Of a DNA stretch of 64,000 bases, positions 9,736 through 18,115 are shown one piece after another (within the stretch, counting starts at the first letter, position 1; each line of letters begins with the position of its first letter). Position numbers and translations under genes: made by a program. Below the pieces are notes generated by a model. The model did no database searches, was not told the origin of the DNA, and saw only the letters and a program-made list of their open reading frames with translations. Source of the DNA: Nitrospirota bacterium (GTDB lineage: Bacteria; Nitrospirota; Thermodesulfovibrionia; Thermodesulfovibrionales; UBA9159); the NCBI GenBank assembly GCA_023382175.1, contig JAMCQB010000049.1, positions 2,888 to 66,887 on the forward strand, given 5' to 3'.

Positions 9736-9908
9736 TACTATGTAAGCCTATGTTCATGAAAGGGGGTGATATAACCAAAACCGAACAGCCAAAATCCTAA
9801 ACATGAGGGGGTGATCACAACAGACCATAATTGAGGTTGACTATATGTATGGTGAACTCAATTCACTGATCCAGCAGTAAGAGGGCAGAAAATGAAAGGA
9901 GATTCTAT

Positions 9909-11090
9909 ATGAAAAAAAGTATTTGGCAGGCGATGAGCAGCATAGCTATTTCATTAATAATATCACTTGTATCTGTGTCCCCCTCCTTTTCTGGAGAACG
10001 GTTGCTCGATAACCATAAGGAAGTCAAGAATATCATCTTCATGGTTCCTGACGGTATGGGCTTGGCCGATGTAACAGCGGCCCGCATCTATAAGAACGGT
10101 ATCGACGGCGCTCCTCTCTACTTCGAGACCCTGGAAGAGATCGGATACCAGAGAACATATTCAGCCGACAACACGATTACCGATTCAGCGGCTGCGGGCT
10201 CGGCTTGGGCTTGCGGAGAGAAGTTCGACAATGGTGAAATCTGCTACCACAGCGACGGGCGCCCTTACAACCCCAGCATTCTCGAATTGGCGAAGAGTCG
10301 AGGCAGGTCAACAGGGCTTGTGGCTACTTCCACAATCACACACGCCACTCCTGCGGTCTTTGGCGCCCATGTGAAGTCTCGTGGCTGCGAAAACGAAATA
10401 GCCTGTCAGTATATTGAGATGACAAGACCTGATGTGGTGCTCGGTGGCGGCGTATCAAAGTTCAATTCCACAAAACCAGACAAATGCGGCACCGCCGGCG
10501 ACTTCATCTCGGAAGCTTTGAATGAAGGGTATAAAGTTGTGTACACGAAAGAGGAAATGGAAAGCGCAGTATCGAGCGACACAACAAAACTCCTCGGACT
10601 TTTCAATAGCGGCGGCATGACCCCGGAATATCTCAGAACTCCCGGCCTTACTGAACCGAGACTGCCGGAGATGGCAAAAGCCGCTCTTAACATCCTCGAA
10701 AGAAATAAGCAAGGTTTCTTTGTAATGATCGAAGGTTCGCAGATTGACTGGGGCAATCACGCCAATAATCTGCAGTATCAAATCGGGGAAACCCTTGCCT
10801 TTGACGAGGCTGTGAAGGTCGTTCTCGATTGGATTAACGCAAGGCAGGAGAGGAAAGAGCACACTCTTCTCATTGTTGTCCCGGATCATGAAACCGGCGG
10901 CTTTGCCATCAACGGAAATGAAGACGTTCCTGCATTGGGACAATTTGTGCCGGGCTGGACCACAAGTGGTCATACAGGCACAGATACTGTCATATGGAGC
11001 CAGGGACCCGGCAGTCATACACTGGGCAGAGCCCTTGATAATACTAACCTTTATTGGATAATGAGGGAATCTTTAAAGGACAAAGAATAG
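9909..11090 (+). CDS. phoA: alkaline phosphatase (PhoA family), secreted
   Basis: Signal peptide, an active-site region DSAAAG(S/T) (here TDSAAAGSAWA), and DWGNHAN and DHETGG motifs. Confidence 0.85.
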   Translation: MKKSIWQAMSSIAISLIISLVSVSPSFSGERLLDNHKEVKNIIFMVPDGMGLADVTAARIYKNGIDGAPLYFETLEEIGYQRTYSADNTITDSAAAGSAWACGEKFDNGEICYHSDGRPYNPSILELAKSRGRSTGLVATSTITHATPAVFGAHVKSRGCENEIACQYIEMTRPDVVLGGGVSKFNSTKPDKCGTAGDFISEALNEGYKVVYTKEEMESAVSSDTTKLLGLFNSGGMTPEYLRTPGLTEPRLPEMAKAALNILERNKQGFFVMIEGSQIDWGNHANNLQYQIGETLAFDEAVKVVLDWINARQERKEHTLLIVVPDHETGGFAINGNEDVPALGQFVPGWTTSGHTGTDTVIWSQGPGSHTLGRALDNTNLYWIMRESLKDKE

Positions 11091-11199
11091 GACCGATAAA
11101 AGCAGAACTTTGACTGAGCAGAAGGGAGAGGGTCAGAAGACACCTCTCCCTTACCTTCTTGCTCATCGTCATCGAAGGGGAGGTTATTTTTGCGCATAA

Positions 11200-11244
11200 A
11201 CTTAACCCCTTATTCATCATGCTGTAATATCGCCGGAGTAAACT
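11200..11244 (+). promoter_or_regulatory. Pho-box-like promoter
   Basis: ACTTAAC ccct TATTCAT catg CTGTAAT, then 10 bp, then TAAACT (11239-11244). Confidence 0.5.
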
Positions 11245-11265
11245 TTAACTTCATGGGTATAGGCA

Positions 11266-11481
11266 ATGTGTCCTTTTTGTACTATTAAACATGAACTTTG
11301 CAAAGCCGCCCTGTCATCGTTGATGATAGATAAAGAGCACTGTTCCAGCGAAGCTTATGACAGGTGCGCGATCTTTTTAGTCATCAAAGCAAGGGAGGGA
11401 GGTGATCGAAATGTGTCCAAGTTTCAAGGTGCGGATTTGCGAGGTGGCAGGTATCGAGCCGGAAAGAATACACTGCGCTGA
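11266..11481 (+). CDS. small four-cysteine protein, paralog A1
   Basis: CPFCTIKHELCKAALSSLMIDKEHCSSEAYDRCAIFL aligns with ORF 24561 (CPYF..DVCNASLSSL...FCNSEDYDNCPIFL). It sits directly behind a Pho-box promoter. The RBS is weak and the 3' end is uncertain. Confidence 0.5.
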   Translation: MCPFCTIKHELCKAALSSLMIDKEHCSSEAYDRCAIFLVIKAREGGDRNVSKFQGADLRGGRYRAGKNTLR

Positions 11482-11578
11482 TAAAAATTCCTGTTTAGAA
11501 GAGAGTGGGAGAAATGCGCACCCTGTTTATGGGGGAAGACACCAGCATACAGGTGAACAATTTCTTGTGGACATATAG
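11411..11578 (+). pseudogene. small cysteine protein paralog C1, apparently frameshifted relative to paralog C2 (15297)
   Basis: The first 28 codons are near-identical to 15297 (MCPSF..ICEVAGIEPERIHC.DKN.C). The conserved WEKC(P/A) segment is readable only after a +2 shift near 11500, and that alternative frame stops at 11554-11556. Confidence 0.4.
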
Positions 11579-11732
11579 TGTGGATACCAGGAAATTGTCG
11601 CGCATACCGGCTTTGGCGGCGGCCCTTTAAAAATCGAAAATGGGAAGGCCTGTGGTAAAATGTTAGCGAAGATATAGTAATGGTTTGTGGCGCAATGTCC
11701 GGAATTCGGTTTGCAATACAAGGATGGGTTAG

Positions 11733-12518
11733 ATGGATATAGCAAAGGCATTCATATTGGGTATAGTGGAAGGTGTTACAGAGTTTTTACCGATATCTTC
11801 AACAGGCCATCTTATACTTGCCGGTGATATGCTTGGTTTCACAGGTGAGAAGGCAAAGGTCTTTGAAATCTTCATACAGCTGGGTGCAATCCTTGCGGTT
11901 GTATGGCTGTATCGGGAAAGGGTAGTATCATCCATAAAAGGCATCGGCACAGAAAAGGCAAATCAATTTTTGATGAATCTTTTAGTAGCATTTTTGCCTG
12001 CAGCATTTTCTGGTCTTCTCATGCACTCTTTTATAAAACATTATCTCTTCAGCCCCATAACAGTTGCCTTTGCACTGGTGCTGGGCGGTATTGTTATGCT
12101 CATCATTGAAAGGGCTGCTGGTATCCCAGAGGTTATGGATATTGATAGCGTATCGCTTAAAAAGGCATTCGGCATTGGATTGGCACAGGTCTTATCACTT
12201 TTTCCTGGTGTTTCAAGGGCAGGCGCAACAATAATGGGCGGCATGGTTATCGGGCTTGAGAGAAAAGTCGCCACTGAGTTTTCATTCTTCCTTGCTCTAC
12301 CGACCATGTTCGCTGCAACATCCTATGACTTATTAAAAAACCTGCACAGTTTGAGCGCAAATGATGCCCCTGTTTTTGCAGTTGGTTTCATAACATCATT
12401 CTTTGCAGCGCTCCTTGTTATAAAGGCATTTATCGGTTTTGTCACAAGGCACAACTTCAACTCGTTTGGGATCTACCGCATTGTCTTCGGTATAGTTGTT
12501 CTGGCGTATTACCTTTAG
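11733..12518 (+). CDS. uppP: undecaprenyl-diphosphate phosphatase
   Basis: GIVEGVTEFLPISSTGHL and PGVSRAG motifs, in a polytopic 261-aa membrane protein. Confidence 0.9.
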   Translation: MDIAKAFILGIVEGVTEFLPISSTGHLILAGDMLGFTGEKAKVFEIFIQLGAILAVVWLYRERVVSSIKGIGTEKANQFLMNLLVAFLPAAFSGLLMHSFIKHYLFSPITVAFALVLGGIVMLIIERAAGIPEVMDIDSVSLKKAFGIGLAQVLSLFPGVSRAGATIMGGMVIGLERKVATEFSFFLALPTMFAATSYDLLKNLHSLSANDAPVFAVGFITSFFAALLVIKAFIGFVTRHNFNSFGIYRIVFGIVVLAYYL

Positions 12519-12586
12519 TTGTATCAGACCCTTGTGATTTAACCTATATTTTGCAGAGAAGCTGCGGCTTGGTAGATGATACTAAT

Positions 12587-12632
12587 ATTTAACCCACCTT
12601 TCATAACCCTGTAACATCTATCAATCTATAAT
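12587..12632 (+). promoter_or_regulatory. Pho-box-like promoter of psiE-like gene
   Basis: ATTTAAC ccac CTTTCAT aacc CTGTAAC, then 11 bp, then TATAAT (12627-12632). The ATG lies only 5 nt after the -10. Confidence 0.6.
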
Positions 12633-12637
12633 CACAA

Positions 12638-13078
12638 ATGCGCTTATTCAAGAAAGTCATAGATATAATCGTCAAGCTGATGATTCCCCTTGTAATCCTC
12701 GCTCTGATGATAGGGATTGCAAGGATATTCCTTGATTTGAGAGAGGTTTTCAAGAGTTCGACCATAGCCGGCGGTTTTGACATCATGGTGACGAATATCC
12801 TGTCGATGTTCGTCATCATAGAACTTCTTAAAGGGATCATAGAATATTTTGAGATACACAGGGTGAAGATTACCTTTATTACGGATGCAACATTGGTTTT
12901 TCTTCTCAGGGAAGTCATGATCGGCATATATCAACATAAAATGGGCTGGACTGAAATAATTTCAATTGCAGCGCTGCTCATCGTCATCGGCGGTATAAGG
13001 ACCATGGCTATTGTCTATTCGCCGGACAAGAGCAAGGAGGTGGCTGTCCATGAGCAAGGAACTGATCGAGAGAATTGA
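12638..13078 (+). CDS. psiE: phosphate-starvation-inducible PsiE-like membrane protein
   Basis: 146 aa with four TM segments. The central FVIIELLKGIIEYF...ATLVFLLREVMI pattern is similar to PsiE. Confidence 0.6.
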   Translation: MRLFKKVIDIIVKLMIPLVILALMIGIARIFLDLREVFKSSTIAGGFDIMVTNILSMFVIIELLKGIIEYFEIHRVKITFITDATLVFLLREVMIGIYQHKMGWTEIISIAALLIVIGGIRTMAIVYSPDKSKEVAVHEQGTDREN

Positions 13079-13230
13079 GACCATAATCATAACGGTGGCG
13101 CTAATGGCGGGCGTTTTATTGATCGCTCTCCACTGGAGGTAGTTGCGGGCATTTATGAGGAGCACAAATGTTCATAATTTTCAGTTGATGAAATCATGAA
13201 GGGAGAAAATGGGTAGAAAGAGTTTTCAAA

Positions 13231-13275
13231 ACTTAACCTCTTTTTCATAACCATGTAACATCTTCTCCGTAGACT
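13231..13275 (+). promoter_or_regulatory. Pho-box-like promoter
   Basis: ACTTAAC ctct TTTTCAT aacc ATGTAAC, then 10 bp, then TAGACT (13270-13275). Confidence 0.5.
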
Positions 13276-13324
13276 ATCCCTCAAAGAGAGGAAAGTTTCG
13301 TCAGATGGAAAGGGAGGTGAGCGT

Positions 13325-13507
13325 ATGAAGGCCATTATCGATGCAACTGACAGCGCCTGCATCATTCGCATGTATGGGACAGACGGCGCTCTTTGCGATA
13401 TACATGTCGTGGAAGAGGTTGAATTGAGAGGTGAATATAGGGACGGAGCTGCAGAAATGCAAAGCAATGGACATGAAGATTGTGCAGCGTGCCGGATGTC
13501 CAAATAG
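13325..13507 (+). CDS. small four-cysteine protein, paralog B
   Basis: Preceded by a strong RBS (GGGAGGTGAGCGT). ACIIRMYGTDGALCD aligns with ICQFLKGGSDGAQCS of ORF 15617. The C-terminal CAAC pair is divergent. Confidence 0.5.
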   Translation: MKAIIDATDSACIIRMYGTDGALCDIHVVEEVELRGEYRDGAAEMQSNGHEDCAACRMSK

Positions 13508-13602
13508 GAAAGAAGATGAAAACATGGCAGCGTAACTCAGGCTCCCGGATCAAGACACCGAACCGTTGGAAGGCCGAATGAGTTAGGAAAGGAGGTAAGA
13601 CA

Positions 13603-14829
13603 ATGGATCAGCTTTGTGGCGAATCGCCTCAGGTTGGAAAACTGATTACATCCCGTGAACACCTGCAACCGGATGTTGTTGTCAGAGATGTGGCAGATCG
13701 CTTTTTCAAGTCTTCTGAACTTGATGCGCTGGCCCTTGTTGAGGGGAGAAATCCTCTTGGGCTTGTTACTAGGCCGAAGTTCTTCTTCACGGTGTTCAGG
13801 AGATACGGATTCGAACTCTATGGAAGGAAGCCGATCATTACTATCGCCGATACGGCGCCGCTTCTGATGCATGAGGACGAAAGACTTGATGTCGCGATAG
13901 ACAAGGCGCTGGAGCGGCCCCCTCAGGACGTCTACGACGATATTGTTGTGGTGAATGAGTCCGGCTCATACGCAGGGCTGCTCTCCGTAAAACAGATGGT
14001 AATTCAACAAAGCACTGTGCTCGCAAATAATATCATCCAAAAAGAAATGGTGCAGGCAAAGGCAAAAGAGATAGAGAGGATGAGTGAGTTAAGGTCCCGG
14101 TTTATAGCCCATGTCACCCATGAACTCAGATCGCCGGTGAATGCGATCATAGGACTGGCAGAACTCATACAGGTATCATCCCGGAAGGGTTATATGGAGC
14201 AGATGAAGGACCGCCTCGCGCTTCTCATGTCCAGTGCAACCAACCTCCGGGCTATTGTGACAAACATTCTTGACCTTTCAAAGATTGAGGCCGGAAAGAT
14301 GGAAGTGATAACGGAACAATTCAACGTGGTGACCCTCCTCAACGAGGCGGCGGAAACAACCCGCGTCCTGGTCGGAAATAAGCCGGTTAATGTGGAAGTG
14401 ATTGCGCATGAAGACCCGTTGTTTATGGTTTCCGATCCCGTTAAGATACGGCAGATACTGACCAACCTCCTAAGTAATGCGGCAAAATTTACAGAAAAAG
14501 GCAAGATTCTCATATCGCTCGGCCTTGAAGGAAGCAGGGTGAGAATTGTTGTGAGCGATACGGGGATAGGGATAAGAGAAAATGAGATGGACAAATTGTT
14601 CGTGGCCTTCAGTCAACTGGAAGATACGATGACCAAGAGACACGAGGGAACGGGACTTGGATTGACTATCACCAAGAACTTACTAACCATCTTAGGGGGT
14701 AAGATCACCGTGGCGAGCAATTTTGGGGAAGGAACGTCGTTTACGGTTTTTTTCCCTTTAAATCATATGACAAAGGAGGATAGTTCAGATGGAAGGCAAG
14801 AGAGACAAAAAGATGGTACTGATCATTGA
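13603..14829 (+). CDS. cytoplasmic sensor histidine kinase (CBS-like N-terminal module, HisKA, HATPase_c)
   Basis: H-box FIAHVTHELRSP, N-box LLSNAAKFT, and G-boxes DTGIGI and GTGLGL. No TM segments are present. Confidence 0.85.
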   Translation: MDQLCGESPQVGKLITSREHLQPDVVVRDVADRFFKSSELDALALVEGRNPLGLVTRPKFFFTVFRRYGFELYGRKPIITIADTAPLLMHEDERLDVAIDKALERPPQDVYDDIVVVNESGSYAGLLSVKQMVIQQSTVLANNIIQKEMVQAKAKEIERMSELRSRFIAHVTHELRSPVNAIIGLAELIQVSSRKGYMEQMKDRLALLMSSATNLRAIVTNILDLSKIEAGKMEVITEQFNVVTLLNEAAETTRVLVGNKPVNVEVIAHEDPLFMVSDPVKIRQILTNLLSNAAKFTEKGKILISLGLEGSRVRIVVSDTGIGIRENEMDKLFVAFSQLEDTMTKRHEGTGLGLTITKNLLTILGGKITVASNFGEGTSFTVFFPLNHMTKEDSSDGRQERQKDGTDH

Positions 14830-15178
14830 TGATGACGTGAAACATCTCCTCACTGCGAAGGGTCTTTTGGAGAATATGGGATATGAGGTACGCATACATC
14901 ATTTTGCATTCGGAGCTACTAATGCGGTGAGAGAGACAAAACCGGATCTTGTTTTGCTTGATATGAATATGCCCGGCCTCTCAGGTGAAAGGCTTTCGAA
15001 ACTGCTCCTTTCGAATGGCAAAACGAAGGACATTCCTATTGTATTCTATTCCTCCAATGATGAAGACAACTTGAGGAAGGCCGTGGTCGAATACGGCGTA
15101 AAGGGTTACATCGCCAAAGGAGATATCTTTGAGTTGCGAAAAAAAGTCGCGAGCTATTTGGAGTCGCCGATTGGTTGA
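14789..15178 (+). CDS. single-domain response regulator (receiver only)
   Basis: VLIIDDD, DLVLLDMNMPG and a C-terminal K (KGYIAK) are receiver motifs. An RBS (AAGGAGG) precedes it. It overlaps the kinase 3' end. Confidence 0.85.
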   Translation: MEGKRDKKMVLIIDDDVKHLLTAKGLLENMGYEVRIHHFAFGATNAVRETKPDLVLLDMNMPGLSGERLSKLLLSNGKTKDIPIVFYSSNDEDNLRKAVVEYGVKGYIAKGDIFELRKKVASYLESPIG

Positions 15179-15296
15179 CGGGCACTGCCCTGACGGAAAT
15201 ACTGGAAGTCGTTGTCTCCAGGTCTTACCCCGTGCAACGGCGCCTGCGAAGAACGCCTGAGAAGGAGAAAGCACATACCGGAAGGAGGTGAGCGAA

Positions 15297-15461
15297 ATGT
15301 GTCCAAGTTTTAATAGGCCGATTTGTGAAGTGGCGGGTATCGAACCGGAAAGAATACACTGCACCGATAAAAACGCCTGCATGGGAGAATGGGAAAAGTG
15401 CCCGGTCTTCATAGCCCAATTTTTTGTGGAGGCAGGCATAGCATTTGACAGAGTTGCATAG
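15297..15461 (+). CDS. small cysteine protein, paralog C2 (54 aa, below the ORF-track cutoff)
   Basis: Hand translation gives MCPSFNRPICEVAGIEPERIHCTDKNACMGEWEKCPVFIAQFFVEAGIAFDRVA. A GGAGGTGAGCGAA RBS precedes it. The C-terminal C-x6-CPVF matches the family. Confidence 0.55.
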   Translation: MCPSFNRPICEVAGIEPERIHCTDKNACMGEWEKCPVFIAQFFVEAGIAFDRVA

Positions 15462-15500
15462 GTATTTGTGGAGGTGAAGAAGTTGTAGGGACCTTCTCTA

Positions 15501-15535
15501 AAGAGACCCGGGAAGATTTTCGGGTCTCTTTATTA
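15501..15535 (+). terminator. intrinsic terminator
   Basis: AGAGACCCG / CGGGTCTCT stem followed by TTATT. Confidence 0.55.
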
Positions 15536-15551
15536 CAATTCTGTTACAAAA

Positions 15552-15596
15552 AATTAACCTGGCTGTAATAATCCTGTAACAAAATAGTTGTATCCT
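15552..15596 (+). promoter_or_regulatory. Pho-box-like promoter
   Basis: AATTAAC ctgg CTGTAAT aatc CTGTAAC, then 10 bp, then TATCCT (15591-15596). The geometry and -10 hexamer are the same as at pstS. Confidence 0.6.
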
Positions 15597-15616
15597 TGAT
15601 ACTAAGGAGGATAAGA

Positions 15617-15832
15617 ATGCATCTAAAAAGTGGAGCGATCTGTCAATTTCTGAAAGGGGGTTCTGACGGAGCTCAGTGCAGCGTGGTCGGCAGGTTCATC
15701 AGGCTCATGGAAGACGCCGACATCCGGCTCTGTATGGGCAGACACCATGAGGCATGCTCATACTATGTGCTCTCATTACGGGGACTGGCTCTTAGGGCTG
15801 CGGATCCTGATACTGCATTAGGCACGCGGTAG
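15617..15832 (+). CDS. small four-cysteine protein, paralog D
   Basis: ATG 15617 follows AAGGAGG. The Cys pattern is C-x11-C-x17-C-x7-C (ICQF...AQCS...RLCMGRHHEACSYY). Confidence 0.5.
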   Translation: MHLKSGAICQFLKGGSDGAQCSVVGRFIRLMEDADIRLCMGRHHEACSYYVLSLRGLALRAADPDTALGTR

Positions 15833-15870
15833 AATGTTCCGTCTTTCCTATAAAAGGTGCCCCACCGTGT

Positions 15871-16197
15871 ATGCTTAACGAATTGACGACACAATCTGCA
15901 ACAGGAATTGAGGAGATGAGATGTCCCTCTTGCGATTCCGATGCTATCTATAAGTATGGAAGGGCATGGACAGGAAAACAGAGGTTTCTCTGCATGATGT
16001 GCGGGATGCAATTTACCGGCAATGCCGGGAAGGCAACGGTGAAAGGCAAACCGGCTTGTCCGGAATGCGGGAAGCCCATGAACCTCTATAAGATAGAGGG
16101 TATTGTTGTGCGGTTCAGATGTTCGGGCTATCCAAAATGTAGAACATTCAAAAAATATAGGATGAAGGAGGAGCCAGATGAGCCATTACATCCATAA
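15871..16197 (+). CDS. double zinc-ribbon protein (InsA-like CxxC ribbon plus topoisomerase-type C4 finger), putative DNA binding
   Basis: CPSCDS...GKQRFLCMMCGMQF resembles transposase/InsA-type ribbons. CPECGKPM...FRCSGYPKC resembles the Topo I C4 finger. ATG 15916 is an alternative start. Confidence 0.5.
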   Translation: MLNELTTQSATGIEEMRCPSCDSDAIYKYGRAWTGKQRFLCMMCGMQFTGNAGKATVKGKPACPECGKPMNLYKIEGIVVRFRCSGYPKCRTFKKYRMKEEPDEPLHP

Positions 16198-16549
16198 CGT
16201 CCCGGGAAGATTGAGAGTTAAAAGTCCGGCAGTTAAGAAGAACACGGATGCCGCGGTTGAAATCCGAAAGATTTTGAGCGCCATGAACGGTATTGCAACG
16301 GTCGACATTAACCTCATCACCGGCAGTGTTCTCATTAACTACAATCCGGCGACCGTACAATACAAAGACATTGTAGGCACGCTCCAAAGGAAGGGCTACT
16401 TTGATACGTCAAAGGCGATAACAAATGATCAATACATCCAGAGAGCCGCTTCGAAAGCAGGCAATATCGTCGGAAAGGCTATCTTCGGTACATTTGTGGA
16501 AAAGGCATTCGAAGGGTCGGCTTTGTCATTAATAACATTCTTGATCTAA
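16178..16549 (+). CDS. HMA2-type (cysteine-less heavy-metal-associated-like) domain protein with hydrophobic C-terminal tail
   Basis: H..PGRLRVK...N.ITGSVLINY is the motif shared by three other proteins in this window. It overlaps the upstream ORF. Confidence 0.6.
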   Translation: MSHYIHNVPGRLRVKSPAVKKNTDAAVEIRKILSAMNGIATVDINLITGSVLINYNPATVQYKDIVGTLQRKGYFDTSKAITNDQYIQRAASKAGNIVGKAIFGTFVEKAFEGSALSLITFLI

Positions 16550-16569
16550 TTCTAGATGTCTTCACTCGC

Positions 16570-16890
16570 TCACTTTTCTGCTTCAAGATTTTCTGCCTTG
16601 AGTTTTAGTTCGCTAATTTGACAAAGTATTTTTTCAGAAAACTCAGACTCGCCGAGATCTTTATACTCGGGCATTAATTTCCGCACATCCGGATAGTCTT
16701 TAAATAAAAGTTCCAACATGTTGGATTGTGACCTTGCCAGATCAATATAGGACTTCTTTAGCGCAATATATTTTCCTTTATACGTTGCTAAGTCATTCTG
16801 CGGTTTTTTTTGAAGAGCAATACTCACTATACTTACGATCACGATCAATAGAGCAAAGAATAAATGCGTCCAAACACTTTTGTTTATCAT
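16570..16890 (-). CDS. hypothetical N-terminally membrane-anchored coiled-coil protein
   Basis: One N-terminal TM segment followed by a charged helical region. No family was recognised. Confidence 0.4.
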   Translation of the reverse strand: MINKSVWTHLFFALLIVIVSIVSIALQKKPQNDLATYKGKYIALKKSYIDLARSQSNMLELLFKDYPDVRKLMPEYKDLGESEFSEKILCQISELKLKAENLEAEK

Positions 16891-17004
16891 GTTGCCCTTT
16901 CTTTATTGAAGGTCATATTATCCATGTTTTCAGAGAGTTCAAGCGATTCTTTCTTTTTCTTGTACAGCTCAAGGTATACATCAATCGATATGCCGTCTCG
17001 ATTG

Positions 17005-17721
17005 TCATTTTCCTTCACGAACTCTTTCTGCAAAATAGACGGGCAAACCGGATTCTCCAATGGCCGAAGCCACTCTTTCTAAGTCGTAGGGCGCCCTTAT
17101 AAAATCGGTTTTCACGCCTTCGGGCAGACATTCGACGAGGGTCAGGCATGCCCGTGTATCCCCATCCTTCGGCTTTCCGACGCTGCCGGCATTGATGAAT
17201 ACCTTGCCGTCCACATCCCTCCTGTATGGAATATGGGTATGCCCGTAAATCAAGATACCCGCCTTTGCCTTGTCCGCCATTTCGAGAAAAAATTTATCTT
17301 TCCGGTCCTGGTGCCAATAGAGGTTATTCTTCAGAGGCGTAGCATGGAATATCTTGACCGTTCTTCCATGACAGGAGAAAGCGATCTCGAACGGGAGGCT
17401 TCTCATATATTCCTTACTTTTCCCCGAGGCATGTTTTTTTGTCCACTCAAAGGCCAGCGCCGCCATCTCCTCCTGAAGGGGATTCTCATATCTGCACCCG
17501 CAATGCTCCTTATTATTGCCTACGGCTTCATCATAGTTGCCCTGTACTCCCTCGATTTTATGTTCCACAAGGAAATCGACTACCTCATTCACAAATGGCG
17601 CATAGCCTCCGACGTCGCCGAGGTGATACAGCTTATCCACTTTCTGCAAAACGGCTGTCTCACATACCGCCTTTAATGCCTCGATATTGCCGTGAATGTC
17701 TCCTAGTATTCCGAGTTTCAT
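17005..17721 (-). CDS. metallophosphoesterase (calcineurin-like, YfcE/MJ0936-like)
   Basis: GDIHGN, GDVGGY, GNYD and GHTH motifs. Confidence 0.85.
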   Translation of the reverse strand: MKLGILGDIHGNIEALKAVCETAVLQKVDKLYHLGDVGGYAPFVNEVVDFLVEHKIEGVQGNYDEAVGNNKEHCGCRYENPLQEEMAALAFEWTKKHASGKSKEYMRSLPFEIAFSCHGRTVKIFHATPLKNNLYWHQDRKDKFFLEMADKAKAGILIYGHTHIPYRRDVDGKVFINAGSVGKPKDGDTRACLTLVECLPEGVKTDFIRAPYDLERVASAIGESGLPVYFAERVREGK

Positions 17722-17790
17722 CCGCCGATCTCCTTATACCAACAAAGTAATTGCATCGCAGCTCGCGTTCTTTACTATGATTGCTCATCA

Positions 17791-18054
17791 TCAGGTGCGA
17801 GACTTGCCTCTTCTGACGCTCAACACGTATTCAACCTTTCTGCTTACCAATATAGGCAAGAAATCTTTGACCCTTGCATTTCTTTTGAAACCCTTCAGCA
17901 CTAACTCATAAAGCTTCCCCACTTCTTCGAGTGACGCGCCGATACGCCCTGCAACTGTCTGCATGGCGTTTAGATGGCGCAGTCTTTCGGGTTCATCTTC
18001 ATAAAGCGCATGAAGATGAACATTCTCATCCTGCGAGGTACCCTTTACAGCCAT
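17791..18054 (-). CDS. small hypothetical protein, possibly DUF3562-like
   Basis: 87 aa. The C-terminal LYE...ARVKDFLPILVSRKV pattern is reminiscent of DUF3562, recalled from memory only. Confidence 0.35.
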   Translation of the reverse strand: MAVKGTSQDENVHLHALYEDEPERLRHLNAMQTVAGRIGASLEEVGKLYELVLKGFKRNARVKDFLPILVSRKVEYVLSVRRGKSRT

Positions 18055-18115
18055 GGCAATTTCTTAAGAACGGTATTCATTAAGATCACGGTGACCAATT
18101 TCCATACTCGTGTCT

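Noticed and set aside
15871-16197. InsA-like zinc ribbon as evidence of an IS1-type mobile element
   Set aside because: There is no InsB or transposase ORF and no terminal inverted repeats or target duplications. The gene overlaps and appears co-transcribed with the HMA2 gene.
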